A stretch of DNA of 64,000 nucleotides, taken from NCBI RefSeq assembly GCF_009834535.1, contig NC_045697.1, positions 93,498,001-93,562,000 on the forward strand, read 5' to 3'. The position numbers were made by a program, and so were the translations under genes. Origin of the DNA: Camelus ferus. Its lineage: Eukaryota. The notes under the pieces were generated by a model. The model had not been told where the DNA came from, made no database searches, and was given only the letters and a program-made list of their open reading frames with translations. Numbering within the stretch: position 1 is the stretch's first letter; every line of letters starts with the position of its first letter. This document shows, one piece after another, positions 27,800 through 39,019 of the stretch.

Positions 27800-29387
27800 T
27801 GCATACTGAGAATGCAGTCTAGTAATAGCAATAGTGCTTTTCGCCTGTAAAGTGTGTATCAGACACAGACTTATCACTGTATGCAGCAGGCCAGAATACC
27901 ATGGCGGGCCCCTGTTAGCGAGGGGGCATATGAGGCAAATGGATATTTGAGCGTATCAGCCCTGTGGGTTGGGCTCACAGTGGGGCTGCTGGGCCTGCAA
28001 AGCCGTCAGGTAGCTATTTCTCCACTCCCCAAATAGATACTAATGGAAATAGACACTCTAGGTAATTGGAAGAATCTTCTGTTTGTGCCTTGCCTTGCAA
28101 GGTAAGAGCTATCATAGTGAAACCCAAGTGCAAGCTTCTAAAACTATCACCTTCTGTGGGGAAAGATATTTTCATATTTCTGCATTGTCAGGAGTTTTGG
28201 AGCAAAGAAAATTGACATGCTATAAAGACAGAGAATGTGCCATTTCCTCCAGAACTATTTGCTCTTCACATTCTCAGGGTGTTATATCTATAGTTGTGTT
28301 ATTGCATTTTAAAGGTAATAAACCCCTAAAGCATTCGCTGATATTCCAAAACGCTGTAAAAACAGCATGCTTTTCTAAGAGAGGATTTGCTTACATTTTG
28401 AGGAAGGTTTGCCTCCCTCTTTCAGGGGCGGAGGCTTGGGGAGTGCAGTGGGGGAGGTGTCAAAAGTTCCTATATAAATTCCCAGACACATAATTTCAGG
28501 GCTCTTCTCCTGTAAATGTGCAGGTGACATCTGCCCAAGGAGGATTAGGGTCCAGGATATCAGTGCTGTTATTGCCGTAGTAAGTACTGATTGCTAATAT
28601 AGAAACCTCATGTTTGCTTTCAGGACAAAATTAATAAATATGGATATTAAAAAACATACTTGCCCCCAGCCAATAAAATAAATTTAAACAATACTGAACC
28701 CCATGGGAAATGGCAGAAATTAGTACAACTCTTAAAGATCTAAAGGATCCAAGGATTCATCATATCTCCATTTGAACCATCTGGCTCAATAAAAAAGCAG
28801 ATGGAACCTAAGGACAGACAGTGGATAACTGCAGACTCAACCAGGTAATAACTCAATTGTAGCTTCTCTGCCAGATGTGATATCTTTGCTGGAGAAAATT
28901 AACATGGCCTCTGGTACATGGTATGCAGCCACTGATCTGGCAAATTGGTTATTTTCCATTTCTATCAGAACAGAGGAGCTGAAACAGTTTGTATTTACTT
29001 GGAACAGACCTCAGTATTCATTTACTATCTTGCCCAGGGCTATGTTGTTTCTTCTACCTTCTGTCTTGACATCATCCAAAAAGACCAGGACCAGCTGGAC
29101 ATGCTACCAATATTATATTTTTTGACTGATAAATGAGAGTCTGAATCCTACCACCAGTGAAGCCACTCATGCCAGCAGAATTGCTACTTGATTTTGTCAA
29201 GATTGGATGACAGGGAGGGAGATAATGAGAGATAATGCGTAGCAGTTACGGTCCAGAGTCCAGTTGCAGTAGCAGGGGATACAATTGTCCCACTAGTCTT
29301 CCTATTTTATGTTGCCTTCCAGAGATAAGCACACCAAAACCCTGGAATTCATATAAGGTCTACTCCTAGTGTAGTGGAAAGTATAAA
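27800..29387 (+). mobile_element. ERVL-class provirus relic 2: protease and RT fragments and 3' internal region
   Basis: Protease-like P..VSEGAY...LTVG...VAISPLP at 27850-28150. RT ORF 28877 ISLLEKINMASGTWYAATDLANWLFSI...KQFVFTWN..QYSFTILP matches ERVL RT (VSLLEQINTSPGTWYAAIDLANAFFSIP...QFAFSW.GQQYTFTVLPQG). Confidence 0.9.
28155..28658 (+). mobile_element. Solo LTR nested inside the ERVL pol relic
   Basis: Starts TGTGGGGA. TATATAAA near 28471 and AATAAA near 28633. It interrupts colinear ERVL protease/RT sequence. Possible TSD CTTC/CTTG. Confidence 0.65.
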
Positions 29388-30286
29388 CTGTGGTGGATTT
29401 TGTACTCCCCTTCAGAAATAAAATACTTAACATTCATCCCCCCATCAATTCCTTGGAGCACTCCCAACAGATGTTCCTAGCTGTAAGATCTTTTCTGCAT
29501 TTGCCTCACCTAAAGAAAAAACTTTTGCTTTTAGTTATAATGTTGCCTTTCTGAGCCAGCCCACAAACAATACCACTTTAGATGAGAGTATATGAAGGGC
29601 TAGCCCTCTCGCTCCAGTTTAGGACTACCCTTGAGTGCCTTTCCAACAAGGCAGATGAAGGAATCTTTCCAGACCAATTATGTTCACAAAATGGAACATG
29701 TGTCAAAGATTTGGTGCATCTAGCCCCAAACTGAATAGGCTTTCTAACAACATTCTTTTCACCTTTCTTACTATGCTTCCTAGAGACATTTTCAAGTTAG
29801 GTGAAGTTGGTGTTCTAAGGGTGAGTCCTTTTAGGATATGCAGATAGGCCTGTTTCCCAAACACAAAAATACGTGTTTCCAACAAGGCAGACGAAGGAAG
29901 TTTTGCAAACACATTAGTATCCCAGAATGGAACATATGTAGATTTGATGCATCAACCTGAAGTTGAAAAGACTTTCTAACAAACCTCTTTTCAAATTTCT
30001 TATTATGCTTCCTACAGACAGTTTCAAGTGATGTGAAGTTGGTGTTCTAAAGGCAAGTTAGAGGGAAGTGCCTTCAAAATATGAAGATAGGCTTGTTTCA
30101 AGAGCCACCTTGAAACAGGCTGAGGTTTCTGTTAAGACTACATCAGAACCTAACTTCCCCCATGACCCAATCCTGCTTCTTTCCCTTCCCCTTCGGAAAT
30201 TCTTGCTAAGAATTATTCTCTGTAAATTTCTGTATGTTCTTCTCCATCTCAGAGTTTGCTACCTGGGGAACCCAATCTGCAGCAAT
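29388..30286 (+). mobile_element. LTR16-like 3' LTR, split by a ~460-bp insertion
   Basis: TGTGGTGGA start. GGACTACCCTTGAGTGCC on the left joins AGAGCCACC...GGCTGAGG...CCCAATCCTGCTTC on the right. Ends CTCCATCTCAGAGTTTGCTACCTGGGGAACCCAATCTGCAGCA. Confidence 0.75.
29640..30100. repeat. Diverged tandem dimer, unit about 236 bp (satellite-like)
   Basis: TTTCCAACAAGGCAGA starts at 29640 and 29876. Shared blocks include AATGGAACAT, CTTTCTAACAA, ATGCTTCCTA, TGAAGTTGGTGTTCTAA and GATAGGC.TGTTTC. Confidence 0.9.
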
Positions 30287-31779
30287 ATGTAAGGGATTGC
30301 TTAGTATCTTGAAATCCTTAGCAAAATGAGATTATATTATGTGTGTTTTCATAATTAATAGCATTACCACATATTGGAAATGGCAGTGCAGCTCTTAATA
30401 GATTCCTTTCCATACAAAATTTAGTTCAGCATGAATTTTTAACATTCTCTTGCGTGAAACACTCTGATGATATGTAATACCAGCCAAGTGAGCATGTATT
30501 GTAATTCCATGTAACCTGTCATCATAACCAACAATGTGTCAAGCCCAAGATATTTAACAAGACAGTTCAGTAAAATTATTCATTGTTTTGGTAGCAATAC
30601 AATTCTTTTGTTTTACTTCATATTATATGAGTTTTATGGCTTTTGAAAACAAAAGTAACAGTAAACATTCTATTAAAATTGTCTATTTGATAGGGCTTGA
30701 TATAAAACATGTTTTTTTAAAAAAAATTTAACAGCTGTTGTCATTAAATTTTTTGTCAGTTGAAGAGAGAAAGCTTGGCATTTCCCCCTGAGACATTTTC
30801 TCGGTTCTAAAAAAAAAAAGTAAAAAAAAAAAATATCCCCAGTGGATACTTAACACAATGTACAGTGTCAGATATATAGCAATAAATACAAATAATTTCC
30901 TTAAATTTAACCTTACAACTCATAGAAGTATACTGTATACTTCTGAAAAAATGCTTTTCTTTTATAGTGCTATGAACTAGGCCATAATAATTTTAAGCAA
31001 AAATAGCATTTCTCATCCTAAATAATTTTGTATTAATATAATATTTACAAAGCATATTTTTATATAAAACAATTATAATGATCATTTAAAAACTTTTATA
31101 TATATTTGGTTGGACTTTATTTTGAATTTACATTTACTTTTATAAAAAAGGCACTATATTTCCAGACAGATAAGTTCACTGGTGTCATCACTTCTAAATT
31201 ATTTTCTGTGTATTTGGATTCTGAAAGGTAATATACGTTCAGGTTATGTGTGTGAGCAAATTGAAGGAATTACTTGATATTTTAGACAATAGAACCTAGA
31301 TTGTAAATACTAGTGTTTGATAATTATTGCATTTGAATATAATGTTGTTTCATAACCTTGCAGATATATGCTGTAGGGATCTTTCTCAAAACAGGCTATA
31401 AGGTAAACTTCTTTGATATCTCTAGTTAAGCAGCAGTTTCTCCTTCACTTCAAAACACCCAGTAAGATAAAATTAAAGGAATCAAAAAGGCATTAACCCA
31501 GAAAGGCAGAGAATGGGATAGCAGATAACAGAAGACTATTAAGGTGTTAAAAAAAAAAAAGAAACAAAAAAACCTTAGAATATTAAAAGCAGGTTGCAGC
31601 AGATGCTGTTGGTGGCCCATGAGATAGCCTTTCAGCCCACATCTAATTTCAGTGTCGACTATGGTGGTCAGTGCTTTGAGAGATCAGATTCAATTCATGG
31701 TACTGACTTTCCATATCAGGTTTGCACCATAAATTCTACTTTTGGATTTAGAGCCAACTCTAGTGCAGTATAAGTCTAA

Positions 31780-33635
31780 CCCATTGACAAAGATCTGCTC
31801 ATTATTTTCACCATAAGCAACCATAAAAATGGACCAAATATATGACACAATTATTTTCAGATGTTAATAAGTAGTGCAGAACACTGATGTTTGACAGAAG
31901 GAGAGTAATGGGCAGAGCCCTGATAAGCCCCTGATTTTCTGCCTAGGTATACTCTTTTTAGACTAATGCGAGGAGGTGAAGTTCAAGCAGATCATTACAC
32001 TCAGGCTTAACTGAAAGACACACCTTGGAATTTCAAGTTTCTTAACACAGCAAAAAAATTTGAGGGAAGGAACCAGAGAGATTGAAACTGATAAGACAGG
32101 GACATCAAAAGTCTGCATATGGGTTCCTCACAGATCCTTGGCTCAGTGCTGGGCTGGGCACACAAAGGGAAACCCCATGGGACCACATCAAAAGTGGTTA
32201 TTGTGTGGCTAGAAGCTGAACAGAGCTCTCAAAATTCACACAGGTCTGGGAAGTGTTGGAGTTCTGGCTCAGCTAGAATGCAGAGACCTCCCTGAGTTCA
32301 AATATTCAAGTGAGATCCCATAAAAGCCACACTTTAGGTGAAAGGAGCATGATTAGGAAAAAGTCTAAATGCTAAGACTAAGGTACAATACCAAAATAGA
32401 TCTTATAAATAATAAAACCAAGCCCAAAGTATTAAAACGATCTGCCAGTAATTTAGCTGCTTGCCAAAATAATGGTCAAGATCATTTAAAAATATAACAT
32501 AATCCAGACTCCCTATGATCTATCATCTACAATGTCTAGCATATTTTTTTTGAAAAAGCATTTGACTTCAAAGAAGCAAGAAACGTGGCCTACAATAAAG
32601 AGAAAAATCTGTCATAGGTAAGAGACCACAAAACTACCCTGATCCTGAGCTAGAAGGAAAAGACTAAAACTAGCTATTAAAACTATAATCAAGGACTTAA
32701 TTGAAATGATAAACATAATCAGTGAACAAAAGGGAGAGAGTTATAATGGATACTATAAAGAGCTAAATGGAAATTTTGTGATTGAAAGTAAAATATGTGG
32801 AATAATAAAATTCACTTGATAAACTTATCAGCATATTTGGCACTGCAGAAAAATCTCAGTATAAAGACAAAATATAGATATTAACTAATGTGAAGGACAG
32901 AAAGAATGAAAAGTATAAATATAGCCTCAGCAATCTCTAAAACAATATCATTTCTTAAACAGACATAATGATTAGTCTTAGAAAGAGAGTGGGGGAGGAT
33001 GAGACAGAATTAAAATATTTGAAGAAACAATGGCTGGACATTTTCCCAGTTCATTGAAAAAAATCTAAATCTACAAATCAGGCATCTAAATAAACCCCAG
33101 GCAGGATAGATGAATGAAAACTACAGCTCCAACATGTGGTCAGGCTAATGAAACCAAAGTCAGTCAAAGAAAAAAATGTGCATCTTATACAATGTAGCAG
33201 TAATGTGAATGGTGACTTGGTTCTCATCAGAAACAACAGGGGATAAAAATAAACTTGAGAAAGTTGGAGTGGCTCTATTAATCTCAGATAATGTAGTCTT
33301 CAATTCAGTAAATAGTGTCATAGATGAAAAGGGACATAGCATAAAAATAAGGGGGCAAATTCATTAGAGATATTAAATTCCTAAATGTACATGTGCACAT
33401 GTATTAGATGACTCGATATACTTAATGTCAGTTCTTCCCAAAATGAATCTTTAAATTCACTGCAAGTTGAATCATATTTTCAGAAGGTTTTCTTTTTGTA
33501 TTTTTTTCAACCGTATTCTAAAATTTATATGGAAATGAATTTCAATGGTCAAAATAATCACAATAAAGAATACAGTTGGAGGATTACTACTAGGTAATTA
33601 CAAGATGTGCTACAAAGTTATAGTAATCAAACTTA
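31780..33635 (+). mobile_element. Old L1 (L1M/L1MC-type) 5' region, ORF1 and ORF2 fragments
   Basis: ATCTGCCAGTAATTTAGCTGC, AAAATATTTGAAGAAACAATGGCTGGACATTTTCCC, GACTTGGTTCTCATCAGAAACAA, TATTCTAAAATTTATATGGAAAT. Confidence 0.75.
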
Positions 33636-33659
33636 TTTGCTTGAAAAAAGTCATTCCTT

Positions 33660-34340
33660 TTTCTGATGAAGCTCCATTTTACATGGAGCTTGATGGGAAA
33701 GACTTTTCTCTGTTCAAGGCAGCATCAATTGGAGTGGCTTGACTGAGGGCTGGAGAATCTGATTTCAGGCTGGCTCAATCATTGGGCTAGCAAGTTGGGG
33801 ATGATTCTCAGCTTGGGATTCAGCCAAATGTGAGGGGCAATAGCCCTGGTTCTTCTGCAAGAACTGTATGATCTGAGCTTGTTAAAATCACAGCATCTGG
33901 ATTGTAAGGGCAAGTATTTCTAGAGAGAGAAAGAAGCTTAAGATGTACAGTTGACCTTGAACAAAGCAGCCGTTAGGGACAACCCTTTGTGGTCCATATT
34001 CTTGTATAACTTAGAGTCTGACCTCATTATATTTATGTTCTGTTCCTCTGTATTTACGATCCCGCATCTGTGGATTCAACCGACAGTGGATCGTGTAGTC
34101 CTGTAATACTATTGGAAAAAATCTTCACGTAAGTGGACCTGTAGAGTTCAAACCAGTGTTGTTCAAGGGTCAACTATATTGTTTTTGGTCTAGATTTCAA
34201 AGTCACACTGTGCAACTTCTGTCATACTCTATTAGTTGAGTCTATCACAAAAGTTTCAAAGGAGCAAGGCATGAACTCCACCTTTTGATGACAGAAGGCA
34301 CATGTCCTGGAAGACTGTGTATGATAGGAAATGCAGTTTT
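33660..34340 (-). mobile_element. MaLR LTR (MLT1F/H-like), interrupted by a Tigger MITE
   Basis: GGCATCAATTGGAGTGGCTTGACTGAGGGCTGGAGAATC-like segment and AAGTCACACTGTGCAACTTCTGTCATACTCTATTAG...ACTCCACCTTTTGATG. Confidence 0.65.
33948..34176. mobile_element. Tigger2-derived MITE (TcMar)
   Basis: TIRs CAGTTGACCTTGAACAA and TTGTTCAAGGGTCAACTA, with TA on both sides (33946-47 and 34177-78). Confidence 0.92.
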
Positions 34341-36281
34341 AGGAAACTTAGAATCTTCTGAAGTCAACTATGACAATTCACACACCTGCCACATGCACAC
34401 TACACACAGCCCTCCATACCCTCCATGATACCCTCCTCTCCAGAAGCATCATCCTATTATGGGATCATGCTCAGGCTTGAAGTTCAGGATCTCATTATCT
34501 CAATCAGGTCTAAGTGTGAATGAAGATGGTCAACTGAAAATCCTCTCCTTCAAGTGGTTCCTAAGCAAAAACAAACCACCAAAATCCCCAAAAACCCAGT
34601 TCCAGATAATGAGCAAGTAGCTATGACTTTTTATTGGGTTACATGCCTGATTCTCTATTTCCTTGTGTTTTATAGATTGAGCAAAACCCTTTTGTTGGTT
34701 GCCCATTTTTTCTTGGCCCCAGGGATACTTTATTCAAAGTTAGACGTCTCAAGCTACTGATCCATCCTTGCCATTTATTAAAATATATTTATTCATCTTT
34801 AATCAGATGGTTAAGGGCTAATATCTGACTTGTATTATTTTGGAATATTATCATCTGCATTGGTAGCAGGGAACACAGTTCTGTAATAGCATCTCCTATT
34901 ATCAGCCTGGCCTAAAACCTTTCTCAATAGCACTTTCCTTAACACTATGGTAAAAGAAGTGAGCTCTGGATCTGCCATGGAACATAGTCACCTGGTGGTG
35001 TTTTTTGTTTTTTTTTTTTTTTTTTTTTGGCTTCACATAACATACCCATTCTCTCATTCTCATTTTTCTGAATCTTTTGATTTATAACTACATGGTTAGC
35101 TGTGGCATTTCTGCAAGCTCTCCTTCAATTTGTGTGGGCTATCACATTTTTCATGTTTCCAAAATCCAACCTAGTATTAATATTAATACTGCATCATGAG
35201 GACCTTGCCAGTATATTAAATCTTCTCTTACATGAGCATCCTCCCAGACGACAAACTTTCTCTTTTTTCAGGTTGATGTCTCATCGTCTTTCAGTTCTGC
35301 ATCTTCAGGATCCAATCTCATACATACTGTCTTGCTTCCTGCTAATACTAATTGATAGATCCAAAGCTCCCTTGTGGTATAGTACCTGACATTCAAAGGA
35401 GACTCAGTACTTCCCCAAATGAGATAGTTTGTGATTTTATTCCAGTTATTGTTCTGGTATTCAGAAAGAAAAGTATGTGTAGATTCTGAAGAAGGCTGGT
35501 GTTGTTTTATAAGCCAGAGCCTTCTGCATACTCTTCAAGGAAAGAGGAAATTTCTCGCCTTGATGAAAGAACAATGATACACTTCTGCAGGTCCAAAGGG
35601 ATGGATCTGGAGTTTCAAGGTTCTTCGATGTGTTGAGTCAGATATCCCTGTCTCAGGTCAAAGAGTATCACTCTTTTTCAACAAGGTCCCTGAGTTGGCA
35701 TAAACATTGCCAGAATTGAGAATTCAACATTCTCTGGATCTCTGCTTTCGTTATAATTAAGTTTTGGGCCTGATCCCTAGCTTTTTCTGCTTTTGGCTCT
35801 AATAGATAAGAGTCTCTTTATATGCTACAAAAGAAGCTCCTTAACCTTATGACTTTGCCTTAAACTGGTGATTAATCACCTCCCTCTTTTTTAAATTCAT
35901 CTTTCTCACCAAGGTAAAGGCATTTAATTGCATTGTCTTATAACTACTACTACTTGAGCCACTCTAATATTAGAGATATTGTATCAGTGCATTTTCTCCT
36001 ACTGGCATTCAATTCCAGTTCACCACCAGTGGTAAGTGTTACAATATCAGCACTACATTATCCCAGGGTTATTGTTATTCTCCTTGATAACAATAATGGA
36101 GCTCTCATCGCCATCCAGGTGTTGGGTGATCCAGCTACAAAATTTCACGTGGAGTTTGCTTCCTCGAACCTCTTCTGGCCCCATTTCTCTTAAGATCACT
36201 GTCCCAGGAACCTGACTGTGAAATGGAGAGTTGCATGAAGGACGTTTACTAGGGGGTGCTCTAGGGAACCGCATCTGTAAG

Positions 36282-36617
36282 CAATGGCATGCTGGTATAA
36301 TGGTATCCTCAGCTCTCTTGGGAAAAATAAAACCCTGTTATACATTTGCTGATTTCTATGATTTAAATAATTCTACTATGGCTTTTTTTCCCCTTATCTA
36401 GCAATGGTTTGACAACTAGTTTGCAAAATTATTTAATATTAAAAATTTGCTCTCAGTGGCAGAGTGCATGCATAGCATGCACAAGGTCCTGGGTTCATCC
36501 CCAGTACCTCTGTTAAAAATAAACAAGAAAATAAACCCAATTACCCCCCTTCCAGAAATTTTTTTTAAGAAATCTTGAAAAAAAATTAGTTCTCATTAGC
36601 TCTAAGACACACCACTG
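36282..36617. mobile_element. MER63-like hAT-Blackjack MITE nested in LTR16
   Basis: Ends CAATGGCATGCTGG and CACACCACTG are degenerate TIRs. Internal TTTGCTGATTTCTATG..AAATAATTCTACTATGGC. Confidence 0.7.
36452..36580 (+). mobile_element. tRNA-derived SINE (camelid Vic-1-like), 5'-truncated
   Basis: CTCAGTGGCAGAGTGCATGCATAGCATGCACAAGGTCCTGGGTTCATCCCCAGTACCTC has A-box and B-box remnants and an AAATAAAC tail. TSD AAAAATTTGCTCTCA (36441-55) vs AAAAATTAGTTCTCA (36581-95). Confidence 0.88.
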
Positions 36618-37027
36618 TATAAGGGACTGAAGAAAGCAAAGATTGAGCATGGTGGAACTTGAAATATTGGTCAGTTACACTTGCTACCTTTAAGAATCTA
36701 CAGAGAGCTCTCTAACTGGGATAGTCCTTCAAAGTTGTTCTGAATTAAGCAAGAGGGCAGGACAAAGTATTCCTCCTTCAGTTGAGAACAATTCTTAGAG
36801 AAGGACTCAGCATGAGCTATCAGCAGGGTATTCCTCCATCATCTGGGATAAAGAATGCTTCAGTTACATAGTGCTATTTTTGGATACACATATGCAAATA
36901 AATGAACAGAATCAAGTTTCATCCTTTGGCCTCTCCTCAGACTCATTCTCAGAGTAACTTCCAATACTTTCAGGAAAAAATGAACACAACTACTTCAAAA
37001 GAAAAAGAGCAAGTTGAATTACATATA

Positions 37028-37217
37028 CAAGAATCAGCAAACATTTTCTGTAAATGGCGAGAGTATTTTTATTTCTTGAGCTGTGTGACCTCAAGTACTT
37101 AATTCTTCCCTTGTTAAACTAAAACAGCCATAGCTAATAGAGAAATAAATGGGCATGGATGTGTTACAATGACATTTTGTTTATAAAAATATGAAGTCTT
37201 TAATTTGTGACCCCTGA
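37028..37217. mobile_element. MER58-like hAT MITE
   Basis: ATCAGCAAACATTTTCTGTAAATGG...CAGCCATAG...AAATGGGCATGGATGTGTTACAAT...TTTGTGACCCCTG. Confidence 0.7.
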
Positions 37218-37229
37218 CATAGACTTTTA

Positions 37230-38100
37230 GAATTTAAATGGATGTTGCAAAACTGTAAATCAAGTTTAATAAGCATAATAAAAGACATAAAGGAAAATAC
37301 TAGTCTAACATAACATCAAGATATACCGATAAAACAAGCGGTAACATTTGTTATATAAAATATAATGACCATAAGACACAGTAAATTGAATACATAGTAG
37401 AATGGATATAGCTAAAAAACAGATTAACAACTCAGAATATCAATTTAAGGATCTCTAAAAGAGTGAATCTGAGAAAGATATTGAAATAAAATAATATAAA
37501 AGAAAGTGAAAATATAAAGAATGAAAATGGATGTGCTGAAATTCAGGTGAAAGCAATATCATAAAGAGAAAACATAAGTATAAGTAGTGAAGACATAATG
37601 GAGATAAATTTTCTAGATTTAAATAGGGATGAATGACTTCACATTAAAAGACCATTGATTGATTACTAAATAGAAGAAATAGAAAAAAAAAAAAAAAAAC
37701 TGCCCCAAAAGCAATGTTATAAAATGCTAAGACATAAAATCTATATAAATTGTTCTAAAAAATGTCAAAAAGAAGTAGTAAGTCACATGAAATGAAGTAG
37801 AATCTAAATTTCTCATTAGTAACGTTGGGATGCCAGTTGACAATGGATTAATATTTTTAATGTATTTAATAAAAATTAATTTGAACCTAGAATTTTACAT
37901 ATAGCCAGACATTTTATTCAAATTTAAACATTCCAACCATTCAAGGTCTCAGAAAGATCTCATACAAACATTACATTATAAATAATTTGGGGGGAAATTC
38001 TCAAGTAAGAAAGGAAACAGATCTAGAACACTCACTAATGGATATAACTTAAGAATGATTCAATGGCTTAATCAGTTTTACTGCAGGCAAGCAAACCAGC
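37230..38100 (+). mobile_element. Old L1/HAL1 ORF1-like remnant
   Basis: A-rich. TTTCTCATTAGTAACGTTGGGATGCCAG...TTTGAACCTAGAATTTTACATATAGCCAGAC. Confidence 0.6.
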
Positions 38101-38519
38101 AAATACATACACAGGAGAAAAAAAAAAAAAAGAGGGGAAAAAGAAGAAAGTATACCTAGAATTAAGCCTAGGTGTTGTCAATATGAATGGGCCCGAGGAA
38201 CAAAAGACCAGAATCTTGAGAGAATGCTCTATTAGGTGATGCTAATGTTGTATATTAAACCTTTATCTCAGCTTCTGTTCCATTGAATATTTGTGGTTAT
38301 ATTTGAAAGAGTACTCTTAGAATTGTGAATAATAGCATATTATATTCAATACCATAATTTTTATTTATGAATATATTTTCAGATTCAGGATTGATACCAC
38401 CTAAGATGCTCAGTATTTGTTAAAATAGTGCAAAATATGTCTTTAATTTTTTTCTCTGAATTACACAATCATAAAACACCCAACGATATGAAAGTAATAT
38501 AGGAGACATGTAGAGCAGC

Positions 38520-38690
38520 CAGGGCCAGCTTCATGGGCATGTGACCACTGCAGTTACACAGGGCCCTGCCCTCAGAAGGGACCCATGCTTGGTTTCATGC
38601 TCTGCCATCCTGAAATTCTTAATAACTTTTGAACAAGAAGCTCTGCAGTTTCACTTTTTTCTGAGCCTGCAAATTATGTAGCTGGTCTCG
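38520..38690. mobile_element. MER45A-like hAT-Tip100 MITE
   Basis: CAGGGCCAGCTTCATGGGCATGTGACC...CAGGGCCCTGCCCTCAGAAGGG...GAAATTCTTAATAAC...CAAATTATGTAGCTGGTC. Confidence 0.9.
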
Positions 38691-39019
38691 TGAATAGTAA
38701 AGTCCTCCAATTCAGAGCACTGGTCAGAGTTTTTACTGTTAACAGGGTTATGTTGCAAAAGGGGCAGCCTCACACAAACAACCACGTTCAAAAATCCTGT
38801 CTCTTTTCAACAAAAATTTGATTATAATTGAATGTGACATACCTAATTTTTACTTAAGAAAATATAATGACATGTTCAGTGTCACCTGATATTCTTGTTA
38901 TACTACATAATTTTAGATAAGTAGTTGCTATTTTATTATATATATATGTACTAGTATCTATTTTAATAATCACCGTTACTTCGTGGAACATAAACTTTCA
39001 AATGTTTTATAATTAGAAA

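Larger units (their letters stand above)
34770..36880 (-). mobile_element. ERVL-class provirus relic 3 (LTR16 at ~36190-36880 plus ERV3-16A3-like leader and gag)
   Basis: Minus-strand leader GGGGCCAGAAGAGGTTCGAGGAAGCAAAC...AGCTGGATCACCC. gag-like QEARQYV*DWILK near 35310-35342. LTR16 motifs GAGCTCTCTAACTGGGATAGTCCTTCAAAGTTGT. Confidence 0.75.

Noticed and set aside
28877..29136. Reverse transcriptase CDS, or a domesticated retroviral gene
   Set aside because: A short fragment of a decayed ERVL pol with flanking stops and frameshifts and no YxDD motif in frame.
29703..29912. 69-aa ORF in the tandem dimer
   Set aside because: The reading frame is not preserved between the two units and no protein is recognisable.
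36452..36510. tRNA gene
   Set aside because: 5'-truncated, with a damaged B-box, a SINE tail and TSDs. It is a SINE.
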